A stretch of 64,000 nt of DNA, from assembly GCA_019347945.1 (NCBI GenBank), contig JAHWKK010000002.1:157316-221315 (forward strand). Direction: 5' to 3'. Made by a program: the position numbers and the translations under genes. The notes beneath the pieces are model-generated. The model saw only the letters and a list, made by a program, of their open reading frames with translations, was not told the origin of the DNA and made no database searches. Origin of the DNA: Acidobacteriota bacterium (lineage in GTDB: Bacteria; Acidobacteriota; Thermoanaerobaculia; Gp7-AA8; JAHWKK01). This document shows, piece by piece, positions 52,791 to 61,233 of this stretch; the stretch's first letter is position 1; each line of letters starts with the position of its first letter.

Positions 52791-53813
52791 TCAGTCGCGC
52801 GTGTAATCCCGTCGCAATGGCCACGAGGTCGACATCGAATGGAGGAGCGAGCTCTCGCCCTGATCGATCCACTCGCGGAGAGTCTCGCCGACGACGCCTT
52901 CGAGAAGGTCGACGATTTCCAGTGAGTCGCCTCGGGCAAGCTCTCGGACCGAGTGGCCGAGACCGGCGACAACTTTCGATGCTCTCAGAAAGAGCCAGCC
53001 GAGCTCTGCGTTTTCCTCGAGCCGTACCATGAGCGTTCCGATTCGCGCGAGGTGGCTCGCCGCTGCCCAGTTTGTCCCGTCGTCGGTCGGTTCGGGAAGC
53101 CGCCAGTCCAGGCCTGCCTCGAGCGCCAGAGCCGCAACGTGCCGCTCGCTGGCCAGTTGGAGCAGCTCGATGTCATCGTCGAACAGCACCATCCACGATT
53201 CTTCGCTCCTCGACATCTCCGCGAGCCGGCGGCGCGCCGGCGTATCGAGATCGACCGAGACGGCAACCACCGAGCGCGCTCCCCGCTGCTCTGCAGTTCG
53301 GACGAGCTTCTCGAGCATCGAAAGGTCCGTCGTCAGCGGCGGAGCGAGCGGAATCATCAGGTGCCAGCGCATCTCCTCGAGCCGCTCCGCGAGCTCCTCC
53401 ACTTCACCGGGCCAGGGAGGCCAGGCCGAAACAATCACCTCCCCCGCCGAACGGTACGACGATGGAAGTCCCGATTCCGGATTGATCAACAGACTGACCC
53501 CGGTTCCGTTCCGTCCCGCTGCCGCCGCCACCAGTTCGCGTCCCGTCGAGTACACCCGTTCCTGCGGACCACTCACGTCACAGACGACGGGTCGCGCCAA
53601 AGCCCCGGCTCCGGCCCGGTCGAAACCCGAAGCGACTTCGACGTTGGTTCGCGATGGAGCGACTCCCTCGAGCCGGTAGAGATCGATCGCCGGATGCCAC
53701 GATGACCGCGCGGACAGGCTGTATGGCGAGATCCACGTTCTCGTGTGGAATGGCTCCGCAGGCGTCGCGAACTCCTTCACGAATGGAGCGGTCGATTTGC
53801 TGTGGATGATCAC
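52791..53813 (-). CDS. Hypothetical protein (340 aa), translationally coupled to ribE
   Basis: Its start overlaps the ribE stop by 4 nt. I recognise no family. Confidence 0.5.
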   Translation of the reverse strand: MIIHSKSTAPFVKEFATPAEPFHTRTWISPYSLSARSSWHPAIDLYRLEGVAPSRTNVEVASGFDRAGAGALARPVVCDVSGPQERVYSTGRELVAAAAGRNGTGVSLLINPESGLPSSYRSAGEVIVSAWPPWPGEVEELAERLEEMRWHLMIPLAPPLTTDLSMLEKLVRTAEQRGARSVVAVSVDLDTPARRRLAEMSRSEESWMVLFDDDIELLQLASERHVAALALEAGLDWRLPEPTDDGTNWAAASHLARIGTLMVRLEENAELGWLFLRASKVVAGLGHSVRELARGDSLEIVDLLEGVVGETLREWIDQGESSLLHSMSTSWPLRRDYTRD

Positions 53814-54400
53814 GTTTTCAGATACGGCCGAATCAGCCGTTCGACATACTTTGCAATCAGGTCGAGCTCGACGTTGACTCTGTCACCGACCCTTGCATTC
53901 TTCAGGTTCGTTCGCTCGATCGTCTCCGGAATCAGCGCGGCGGAAAATTGCGACTCCGAGGGTTCCACTACGGTCAGCGAGATGCCGTCGATCGCGACCG
54001 ATCCCTTGTCGACGAGCAGTCTCGCATACGCCTCTCCGATACTCCATCGGTAAACGGCAAACTCCCCCGCGCGGGAGATCGATTCGAGCCGGCCGGTCGT
54101 GTCAACGTGGCCCTGCACGAGGTGGCCGCCAAAGCGCGAGCCGGCCTCGAGCGCCCTTTCGAGATTGACCACCTCACCCGGCTGCAGATCCCCGATCGTG
54201 GTGCGCTCGATCGTTTCCGTCGAAACGTCCGCACGGAGCAGACCGTCTTTCGGGAAAATGGTGAGGCAGATGCCGTTGACCGCGATGCTCTCGCCGGCGA
54301 TCACTCCGGCGAGCTCGGAACGGATCGAGATCCGGGCGCCTCCGTCGACGTCGACGAGCTCCTCGACGACTCCCGTTGCTTCGATCAGTCCGGTGAACAT
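53810..54400 (-). CDS. ribE: Riboflavin synthase alpha subunit
   Basis: MFTGLIEATG N-terminus and duplicated lumazine-binding halves. 196 aa. Confidence 0.93.
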   Translation of the reverse strand: MFTGLIEATGVVEELVDVDGGARISIRSELAGVIAGESIAVNGICLTIFPKDGLLRADVSTETIERTTIGDLQPGEVVNLERALEAGSRFGGHLVQGHVDTTGRLESISRAGEFAVYRWSIGEAYARLLVDKGSVAIDGISLTVVEPSESQFSAALIPETIERTNLKNARVGDRVNVELDLIAKYVERLIRPYLKT

Positions 54401-54447
54401 CTCTCAGGAATGCCGGCGGTCGAACGGCACGACCGCACGATCCGCCA

Positions 54448-56190
54448 TCAATGTCTGCGCTGCCTTTTCTCCTCGGCGATCCTCTTGTGTACCTCTGCGT
54501 TCTCGATCCACGGCTTCCTCTCGAAGTAGCTCTTCGTCAGCCTCACGACCACTCCCGAAAGCAGGACCAGCGCGATGAGATTGGGGAACGTGACGAATCC
54601 GAGCGCGATGTCTCCGAGCGTCCATACCGTCGCCAGCGTCACGGTTGCACCGATGAAGTGCATGCCGACGAAAACGAACTTGAACGGCAGAATCGCGACC
54701 TTGCCGAAGACGTAGTTCGCGCATCTGTCCCCGTAATAACTCCAGGAGATCGCCGTGGAGATCGCAAAGAGAAGCACCGAGATGACGACGATCATCCCAC
54801 CCCAGTTCCCGAGCGGTGCCAGACCACGCTCGAATGCGAGCTTTGTCAGCGGAGCACCGCTCTCGACCGCGTCTCCGTAGAGGCGGTCGAGCTCTTCACC
54901 TCTGGGTGTCACTGCCACGCCGCGCTGATAATCGATCGTTCCGGTGAACGGAACCGAGCGCGCTTCGTCGGCCCACAGCTGCTCGATTCCCACTTCGTGC
55001 CACGCGAGGACGGGACCTCCCGCCGGCTGCCCGTTCTCGTAGCGAATCTCTCCGCTCGGCGTCGTCGATCTGAACGAACCATCGTCGAACTGTTCGACGT
55101 AGGAGAGATCTCCGCCCCGAAGCTCGATCGTCGTCGGAATCGTATCGTTCCAGACTCCCGTCACGATGATCACCAGCCCCGTCATGGAGCAGATCAGGAT
55201 GGTGTCGATGAACGGCTCGAGCAGCGCCACCACACCTTCTGAAACCGGCTCGTCGGTCTTGGCAGCGGAGTGCGCGATCGGCGCCGATCCCTGTCCCGCC
55301 TCGTTGGAAAACAGACCTCGCCTCACTCCCCACATCATCGTGACCAGAAAAGCTCCCACCCCGGTCCCCGCAACTCCTGCAGTCGGATTGAACGCCTCGG
55401 AGAAAATCGTCCCGAACGCCGGAAGAATCTGACCGGGGTTCATCGCGAGAATCGTCAGCGCCCCGATCACGTAGATACCCGCCATCACCGGGGCAAGGAC
55501 TCCGGTGACCGCACCGATCCGCGAAATTCCTCCGATGATCACGGCCGCAACGATCGCGGCGGTGATCGCCCCCGTGATCCACGTTGCCAGCCCGAACTCG
55601 GTCTGCACGGTGTCGGCAACCGTGTTGGCCTGAACCGCATTGCCAGTAAGGAACGAGGTCGCCATCAGAGCGAGCGCGAAAAACACCGCCATCGGTTTCC
55701 ACTTCGGCCCCAGTCCCCGCTCGATGTAGTACATCGGCCCACCGGAAACCGACCCTTCCCACTTCTTCGGATCGAGATCTGTCTTCTCCACCACGCGATA
55801 TTCCTGCGCGAGTACGACCTCGGAGTACTTCACCGCCATCCCGAGCAGCGCCGTGATCCACATCCAGAACAGCGCCCCCGGACCCCCGAAGTGGATCGCG
55901 ATCGCCACTCCCGCGATATTTCCGATCCCGACCGTCGCCGACAGCGCCGTGGTCAGCGCCTGGAAGTGGGAAACGTCGCCCGGTTCGGCCGGATCGTCAT
56001 ACTTGCCGCTCGTGACGCCGAAGCCGTGCGCGAGTCTTCGCAGCTGGATGAACCCGAGACGGAGCGTCAGAAATACGCCGGTTCCGAGCAGCGCAATGAC
56101 GATGATCGGGATCATCTCTCCGGCGACGGGTATCCCGAAGTTCCAGACGTAGTACTCCAGGCGCCCCACGATCCACTCGAACCAGCTCAT
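54448..56190 (-). CDS. Alanine/glycine:cation symporter (AGCS family) with an extra loop domain of about 95 aa
   Basis: SHFQALTTALSATVGIGNIAGVA and SNEAGQGSAPIAHSAAKT motifs. 580 aa versus the ~450-480 aa I recall as typical. Confidence 0.85.
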   Translation of the reverse strand: MSWFEWIVGRLEYYVWNFGIPVAGEMIPIIVIALLGTGVFLTLRLGFIQLRRLAHGFGVTSGKYDDPAEPGDVSHFQALTTALSATVGIGNIAGVAIAIHFGGPGALFWMWITALLGMAVKYSEVVLAQEYRVVEKTDLDPKKWEGSVSGGPMYYIERGLGPKWKPMAVFFALALMATSFLTGNAVQANTVADTVQTEFGLATWITGAITAAIVAAVIIGGISRIGAVTGVLAPVMAGIYVIGALTILAMNPGQILPAFGTIFSEAFNPTAGVAGTGVGAFLVTMMWGVRRGLFSNEAGQGSAPIAHSAAKTDEPVSEGVVALLEPFIDTILICSMTGLVIIVTGVWNDTIPTTIELRGGDLSYVEQFDDGSFRSTTPSGEIRYENGQPAGGPVLAWHEVGIEQLWADEARSVPFTGTIDYQRGVAVTPRGEELDRLYGDAVESGAPLTKLAFERGLAPLGNWGGMIVVISVLLFAISTAISWSYYGDRCANYVFGKVAILPFKFVFVGMHFIGATVTLATVWTLGDIALGFVTFPNLIALVLLSGVVVRLTKSYFERKPWIENAEVHKRIAEEKRQRRH

Positions 56191-56273
56191 TCAGTCTCCC
56201 TCCTTGCTCGGGCCTGCGGATACGAAAGGCGCATTATTGCAGTCCGGGCGACGCGCGCCAAACATCCTCGCGC

Positions 56274-57275
56274 TCAGTTCGGACCGCTCGCGGTGCGGCC
56301 GACGAGCTCTTCGATGAGCATGACCGCGTTGAGAACACTGCTTCTGCGAAGGTTGTCGCTCGCCGCCTGGATCCAGAGACTTCGAGAGTCCTCTCGGTCG
56401 AGACCGACCCGTAAGATCAGCACCGTATCCAGTCCTCCGGCATCGGTCAGCCCCGGAAGTGTCTCGGGATCCGCCGCGACGAGGGAGAGGCTTCCCTCGA
56501 GCGCCTCCTGGATCTCGGCAAGTCCCACCGCTTCCGCCAGTCTGACGTGAAGGGCGAGAGAGTGACTGTGAAAGGTCGAGCCCTGCTGGACGAGAACGGA
56601 ACCGCGAAGCTCCGAACCGATGATCTGACGGATTTGCCCGACGATGTAGTTCTCGAGCTCGAAAGCGTCCCGCGGCGTGTAGATATTGAACGCAGCCTGC
56701 TGCTCGAAGACCTGTCGGGGCGGGCCCTCGGCGTTCAGGACAGCGAGCGTCTGCTGAAAGAGCTCGTCGATTCCCTCCTGTCCCAGCTCCGAGGCGGGAA
56801 GAATGACGCTTGCAGTAAAGAACTCGATCGTCGCGTGTCGGAGCAGGGGTTCGAGGATCAAACAGATCATCGCGGCGACCGGATGCGCGGAGACGACGAG
56901 ATCCCCGGTCGGCGGTTCGTCCGAGCCGATCCCGGCGACTCTCGCCTCCACGTCTTTCGAGAAGGCGGAAGGTTGCGTCAGATCGATTGCCGTGAAAGAG
57001 AGCTCGTCGCGCAGCGGAATCCATCGTGCCGCCGTTTCGGGATCCCCGCAGAAAAAAATCATGTCGAGTCCTTCCAGTACCTCGCGACTCGCCATCCTCA
57101 GAAACGCCGGCTCCAGCACGCCCTCGGCAAGCGTTCCCGCTTCCTCTTCGTCATCGGTCAGAAGTGCGAGCCTGGCAACGGGAAAAATCCGATCCCGAAG
57201 TATCCCGACGAGCTCCTTTCCATGCAGCGTGAGTGCACCGAAAACTCCGACGCGATACCCGTCAGAGCCCGTCAT
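56274..57275 (-). CDS. Aspartate-semialdehyde dehydrogenase-like protein lacking recognisable catalytic residues
   Basis: Asd-like architecture and length (333 aa). The NADP loop is degenerate (GALTLHG), AHPVAA replaces the NCST active-site Cys motif, and ILPASELG replaces QAVSGAG. Confidence 0.55.
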   Translation of the reverse strand: MTGSDGYRVGVFGALTLHGKELVGILRDRIFPVARLALLTDDEEEAGTLAEGVLEPAFLRMASREVLEGLDMIFFCGDPETAARWIPLRDELSFTAIDLTQPSAFSKDVEARVAGIGSDEPPTGDLVVSAHPVAAMICLILEPLLRHATIEFFTASVILPASELGQEGIDELFQQTLAVLNAEGPPRQVFEQQAAFNIYTPRDAFELENYIVGQIRQIIGSELRGSVLVQQGSTFHSHSLALHVRLAEAVGLAEIQEALEGSLSLVAADPETLPGLTDAGGLDTVLILRVGLDREDSRSLWIQAASDNLRRSSVLNAVMLIEELVGRTASGPN

Positions 57276-58140
57276 CGGCGTCCTCGCGCTCGATGGCTGA
57301 CTCGAACGGTTCGTCCTCTCCGATCTCCTCGAAGCCCGGGACCGTGTCGTCGTCCTCCAGCGGATCCTCTGCGGGCTGCCGGGCGCCGGGAAACGCCCGC
57401 CGCCACAACATCAGAGCCGGCCCCGATACGACGTAGCCGACGAACCATGCGCAGAGAAACTCCTCGGGCCGGAAATAGAGAAGCGCGAGAAGAGCCGAGA
57501 ACCCCAACAGAAACAACGGAGCCCGCTTCCGCTCGATGCGCAGGGACTTCTGGGATCGGTACTTCACCGTCGAGACCATCGCGACCGCAAGCCCGAGCGT
57601 CACCACCAGCATGATCCTGGCGAACGTCACGTCGTAGACGGGGGCCGGCGCATAATTGATGATCGCTGCCAGCGTGAGCGCGGCAGCCGGAATCGGGAGA
57701 CCGATGAAGTGACGAGGGTCCGTGGTCGCAGCCTGAACATTGAATCGTGCGAGACGGAGTGACCCGCCGACGAGAAACAGAAACGCGATCCCTCCCCCGA
57801 GCCGGCCGAGCGTCTGCAATGCCCAGGCATAGACCAGGACGGCGGGGGCAGCCCCGAATGTCACGACGTCCGCGATGGAGTCGTACTCCTTGCCGAACTC
57901 GCTCGTCGCATTCATCTTGCGCGCGACGAGCCCGTCGAATGTATCGCAGAGAGCAGCGAAGGCTATTGCCCAGCACGCCAGCTGAAAGAGCCGGCTCGCC
58001 TCCTCCACGTTCCCTATCGTCGACGCCCGCATCCCTCCCATGCTGTAGAGGATTGCCGCGAAGCCGAAAAAGATATTCAGCACGGTCAGTGACGTCGGAA
58101 CGACGTAAACGCCCCGGCCGAACCGGTTCGGCTTGTTCAC
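57262..58140 (-). CDS. pssA: CDP-diacylglycerol--serine O-phosphatidyltransferase
   Basis: CDP-alcohol transferase motif DTFDGLVARK...G...D...D, multi-TM. It overlaps psd by 4 nt. Confidence 0.88.
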   Translation of the reverse strand: MNKPNRFGRGVYVVPTSLTVLNIFFGFAAILYSMGGMRASTIGNVEEASRLFQLACWAIAFAALCDTFDGLVARKMNATSEFGKEYDSIADVVTFGAAPAVLVYAWALQTLGRLGGGIAFLFLVGGSLRLARFNVQAATTDPRHFIGLPIPAAALTLAAIINYAPAPVYDVTFARIMLVVTLGLAVAMVSTVKYRSQKSLRIERKRAPLFLLGFSALLALLYFRPEEFLCAWFVGYVVSGPALMLWRRAFPGARQPAEDPLEDDDTVPGFEEIGEDEPFESAIEREDADDGL

Positions 58141-58787
58141 TCGGCCTCCCCCTTCGCGCTCAGCGTCGCGAGCACCGTTCGCCCGACTTTCACCTTCTGC
58201 CGCATCTCGACTTCGATCCGGGCATCGGGTGGGAGGTAAACATCCACACGAGAGCCGAACCTGATCATCCCGATCCGCGTTCCCCTCTCGGCGCGGTCCC
58301 CCTCGGACAAGTCGAAAACGATCCGGCGCGCCAGCAGGCCTGCGATCTGCCGGAACGCAACGTGACGCCCATTCGCGTCCCGCATCACGATGAGATTCTG
58401 CTCGTTCTCGGCCGACGACTTGTCGGACATCGCGTTTCCCTTCGCACCCGGCTTGTAGCTGTAGTGGACGACTTCTCCCGAGATCGGTGCGCGGTTGACG
58501 TGAACGTCGAAGACCGACATGAAGATGCTGATCTGCTGAGTCAGACCCTCCCAGGGAGAGCTCTCCAGCGGAGCGATCCGCACGACCGTCCCGTCCGCGG
58601 GTGAAAGGACCTCGTCTGCCGCTTCGCCGGCGGAAAGCACCGGATCACGAAAGAAGCTGAGCAGAAAGATGGCGAGCACTCCGAGGACGATCGCCACCAG
58701 CCAGAAACCCGCGGCCAGCGCGGCGATCGCCAGGAGCGCTGCCGGAATGATGAATACCCAGCCTTCAGGCGCAATGCCGTATCTCAA
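58137..58787 (-). CDS. psd: Phosphatidylserine decarboxylase (short, archaetidylserine-decarboxylase-like type)
   Basis: 216 aa with two N-terminal TM helices and the self-cleavage-type motif RFGSRVDVYLP. Confidence 0.85.
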   Translation of the reverse strand: MRYGIAPEGWVFIIPAALLAIAALAAGFWLVAIVLGVLAIFLLSFFRDPVLSAGEAADEVLSPADGTVVRIAPLESSPWEGLTQQISIFMSVFDVHVNRAPISGEVVHYSYKPGAKGNAMSDKSSAENEQNLIVMRDANGRHVAFRQIAGLLARRIVFDLSEGDRAERGTRIGMIRFGSRVDVYLPPDARIEVEMRQKVKVGRTVLATLSAKGEAE

Positions 58788-58808
58788 GTCTGAAATCCTC
58801 CCGGTTCT

Positions 58809-59042
58809 TCAGACCGTGCGGTTTTCCTTCCAGCTTCGCACCCGGCTCTCCATACGGTCCTTCAGATGGAGCTTCTGCTTCTTGATCTCGCGGGCCTCCC
58901 GCTCTTCGTCGGGAGAGAGGGGCTCGTTGCCAGCCAGCTCCTCGAGTCGGAGCTCGTGGCGCCGATGTTCCTCCATCAGCGCGCGGAATTCCTTGTCCTG
59001 CCGACTCAATGTTTTTCGGATGCTGTCGTCGCCTTTGCGCAT
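58809..59042 (-). CDS. DUF465 (YdcH-like) small coiled-coil protein
   Basis: LMEEHRRHELRLEEL...IKKQKLHLKDRM. The Met at 59042 is preceded by AGGAGG. Confidence 0.7.
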   Translation of the reverse strand: MRKGDDSIRKTLSRQDKEFRALMEEHRRHELRLEELAGNEPLSPDEEREAREIKKQKLHLKDRMESRVRSWKENRTV

Positions 59043-59100
59043 TCGTCCTCCTGAGATATGACCGATTGTATCGCGCCCGGTTCCTGGTGTTCGGCTCCGT

Positions 59101-59793
59101 TCAATCCGCGCTTTCCAATGTCGAGTCGGGTGGCGGCAGCGAGTCGGAAGGAACCGTTCTGCCCCTTCGAAGCAGCACCGGATATGGATTGATGGGCTCA
59201 CCCTTCCACCACTCTCCTCCGGGGGGCATCCGCTCGATCGCGAAGTGGAGATGGGGAGACTGTTTCGGTGAGTTTCCGGTCGTCCCGACGTAACCGATCA
59301 CCTCTCCGCGCGGAACGGTCATCTTCTCGCCGAGTCCCAGCCGGTAGCGGTCGAGATGGGCGTAGTAATAGATCCACCGCTCGTCGGCGCTCGACTGATA
59401 GATCGTTATGCCGCCTCCAGTCGACCGATAGAGCTTCATGATCGACCCGTCGTCCACGGCGAGAACGGGCGTTCCCCGCGGCGCCACGATGTCGATCGCT
59501 TCGTGCTTTCTCGCCGCGCCGCGCGCCGCTCCCCACGTGTCCTGCAGCGCTGATCTCGTCACGTCTGCAACCGGAATCGCCAGCCAGTCTCCCCGGCCCG
59601 GAGGCGCAGCGCCTTCATCGAAGGTCTGATCGAGAGGATCCGTCGCGGTGGCGACGGCTTGCGGGGTCACATCGGTGGTTCCTGTTCGTGTCGGAGCTGA
59701 GAGTTGCCCCGTCCACTGCAGATAGACCACGGTCGTGAATGCCCCGAACACCACGCCGTAGACGAAGAACATCGCTCGACTGAGCAGCTTCAC
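59101..59793 (-). CDS. M23-family metallopeptidase with an N-terminal TM anchor
   Basis: HEAIDIVAPRGTPV and GTTGNSPKQSPHLHFAI motifs. Confidence 0.85.
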   Translation of the reverse strand: MKLLSRAMFFVYGVVFGAFTTVVYLQWTGQLSAPTRTGTTDVTPQAVATATDPLDQTFDEGAAPPGRGDWLAIPVADVTRSALQDTWGAARGAARKHEAIDIVAPRGTPVLAVDDGSIMKLYRSTGGGITIYQSSADERWIYYYAHLDRYRLGLGEKMTVPRGEVIGYVGTTGNSPKQSPHLHFAIERMPPGGEWWKGEPINPYPVLLRRGRTVPSDSLPPPDSTLESAD

Positions 59794-59909
59794 AAGGCGA
59801 TTCTAACCCCGGGCTGAATTCTCTTTTCAGTCCCAATTTCCATTTCAATCACAAGGAGCGTGTCGACAGAAGGGTGGTGAGGTTGCCATGAAAAGCGCGA
59901 GAAGAAGGC

Positions 59910-60269
59910 TCAGTTCTGGTCTGAATTGAGCTCGTCCATGAATCTTTGAACTTCGGCGATCAAGACCGGTAGGTCGTTCTCGGCCACCGCCCAGACGATC
60001 TCGTTCCGAACAATCATGTAACCGTGAATCAACTGATTTCTGAAGTCGATGACCCGCCGAAAACCCGTAATCCTCTCACTGATTGATCGATCCACTTCTG
60101 AAGCCTGCCGGAGAGCTTCACCGATAATCTCGAACTGCCGTTCGACGCCTGAACGAAGCAGGGAGTCGTTCAGGTAATCGTCGAGAGTCTTGCCAGAAAG
60201 GAACTTCTGGATCAACTCGGCAGCGGCGATGAGATCGTACAGGTATTTCCGGAGATCACGCTGCTTCAT
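59910..60269 (-). CDS. hepT: HepT-like (DUF86) RNase toxin of a type VII toxin-antitoxin pair
   Basis: Rx4HxY motif RNQLIHGY. 119 aa from the Met at 60269. It overlaps the antitoxin gene by 14 nt. Confidence 0.82.
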   Translation of the reverse strand: MKQRDLRKYLYDLIAAAELIQKFLSGKTLDDYLNDSLLRSGVERQFEIIGEALRQASEVDRSISERITGFRRVIDFRNQLIHGYMIVRNEIVWAVAENDLPVLIAEVQRFMDELNSDQN

Positions 60270-60576
60270 AGACGAGTTGTCTCGACGCCGTGATCGAGCG
60301 GAGTAGATAGGGGTTCCGAATGGCCTCTTCCTCGACCAGATCAATCTGCCGCCCGAAAAGATCTCGCAGCGCCTCGAGCAGCCCGAAGTACTGATCAGCG
60401 TGATCTCGAGGTGCGGCCGGGGCGAACCGAACGAGGAAATCAAGATCACTCCTCGCATGATCAAAATCACTCGTCACGGCAGATCCGAATATGTACAGAC
60501 TCTCCACGCGAAACCGTTGACAGAGCTCGTGGACTGCCTGAGCGTGTTCCGCCGGTAGTAAGGTCATGAATTCCAC
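60256..60576 (-). CDS. mntA: MntA-like minimal nucleotidyltransferase antitoxin
   Basis: GSAVTSDFDHARSDLDFLV (GSx10DxD). The start is GTG at 60576 or ATG at 60567. Confidence 0.82.
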   Translation of the reverse strand: MEFMTLLPAEHAQAVHELCQRFRVESLYIFGSAVTSDFDHARSDLDFLVRFAPAAPRDHADQYFGLLEALRDLFGRQIDLVEEEAIRNPYLLRSITASRQLVYEAA

Positions 60577-60687
60577 GGTAAACGATTATATCGACAGCGG
60601 TCGTCGATCGATGGAGAAAGGGTCTTGTTCTCGATGATCCAAACCGGCAATCTGCAACTGTTTTCACAACTGGCTAAACTAGCCCGG

Positions 60688-61233
60688 ATGGTTCGTCGAC
60701 TCGTTCTGGTGGCGATCGTGGCGGCAGCCGCCGCCCAGGCTTCTGCCGACAGGATTCGAAATCTCAGCGCATCCGCCGATCAGAAGGCAATCTCGGTGTC
60801 GTTCGAGTACGAAGGGCCGTTCGAGAACGATGAAATCAGCGAGGCGGTCCGTAGCGGTCTGCCGACGATCTTCACATTCGACATCGAGCTGACTCTCAAG
60901 CGAGAAAACTGGTTCGACAAGACTCTCGATTCGGCCCGACTCGAGGTGATCGCCACATTCAACTCCAGAACCCGAGAGTACCTCGTCAACTATCGCCGGA
61001 ACCGTCGGCTCGTTCGATCCGAAAACGTGGCCGGCTTCGACACTCTCGTGGAGCGAATGACCAAAATGGTCATGGAGGACGTATTCACTCAACCCGATGA
61101 TCGCTATCTCTCCAGGCTCCGGGTGCGCGTCAGAGGGTGGAACAGCCACGATTCGCGACCGTGGTTCTACGCAGTCAGGAGAGGGGGGACTCCGTGGGAG
61201 ATCGTCCCGATCACCCGGGAGGCGGAGCAGTGA
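60688..61233 (+). CDS. DUF4390-domain periplasmic protein
   Basis: Signal peptide MVRRLVLVAIVAAAAAQASA. The fold-typical F.F.IEL region lies immediately upstream of, and overlaps, the NtrY-like kinase gene (GTGA). Confidence 0.65.
   Translation: MVRRLVLVAIVAAAAAQASADRIRNLSASADQKAISVSFEYEGPFENDEISEAVRSGLPTIFTFDIELTLKRENWFDKTLDSARLEVIATFNSRTREYLVNYRRNRRLVRSENVAGFDTLVERMTKMVMEDVFTQPDDRYLSRLRVRVRGWNSHDSRPWFYAVRRGGTPWEIVPITREAEQ

Noticed and set aside
61137-61229. The upstream extension of the ntrY ORF (Met at 61137), overlapping DUF4390 by about 100 nt.
   Set aside because: The extension has no kinase-related sequence and would overlap the conserved C-terminus of the DUF4390 protein. A GTG at 61230 overlapping its stop (GTGA) fits the coupling style seen throughout the window. 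The start nevertheless remains unverified.
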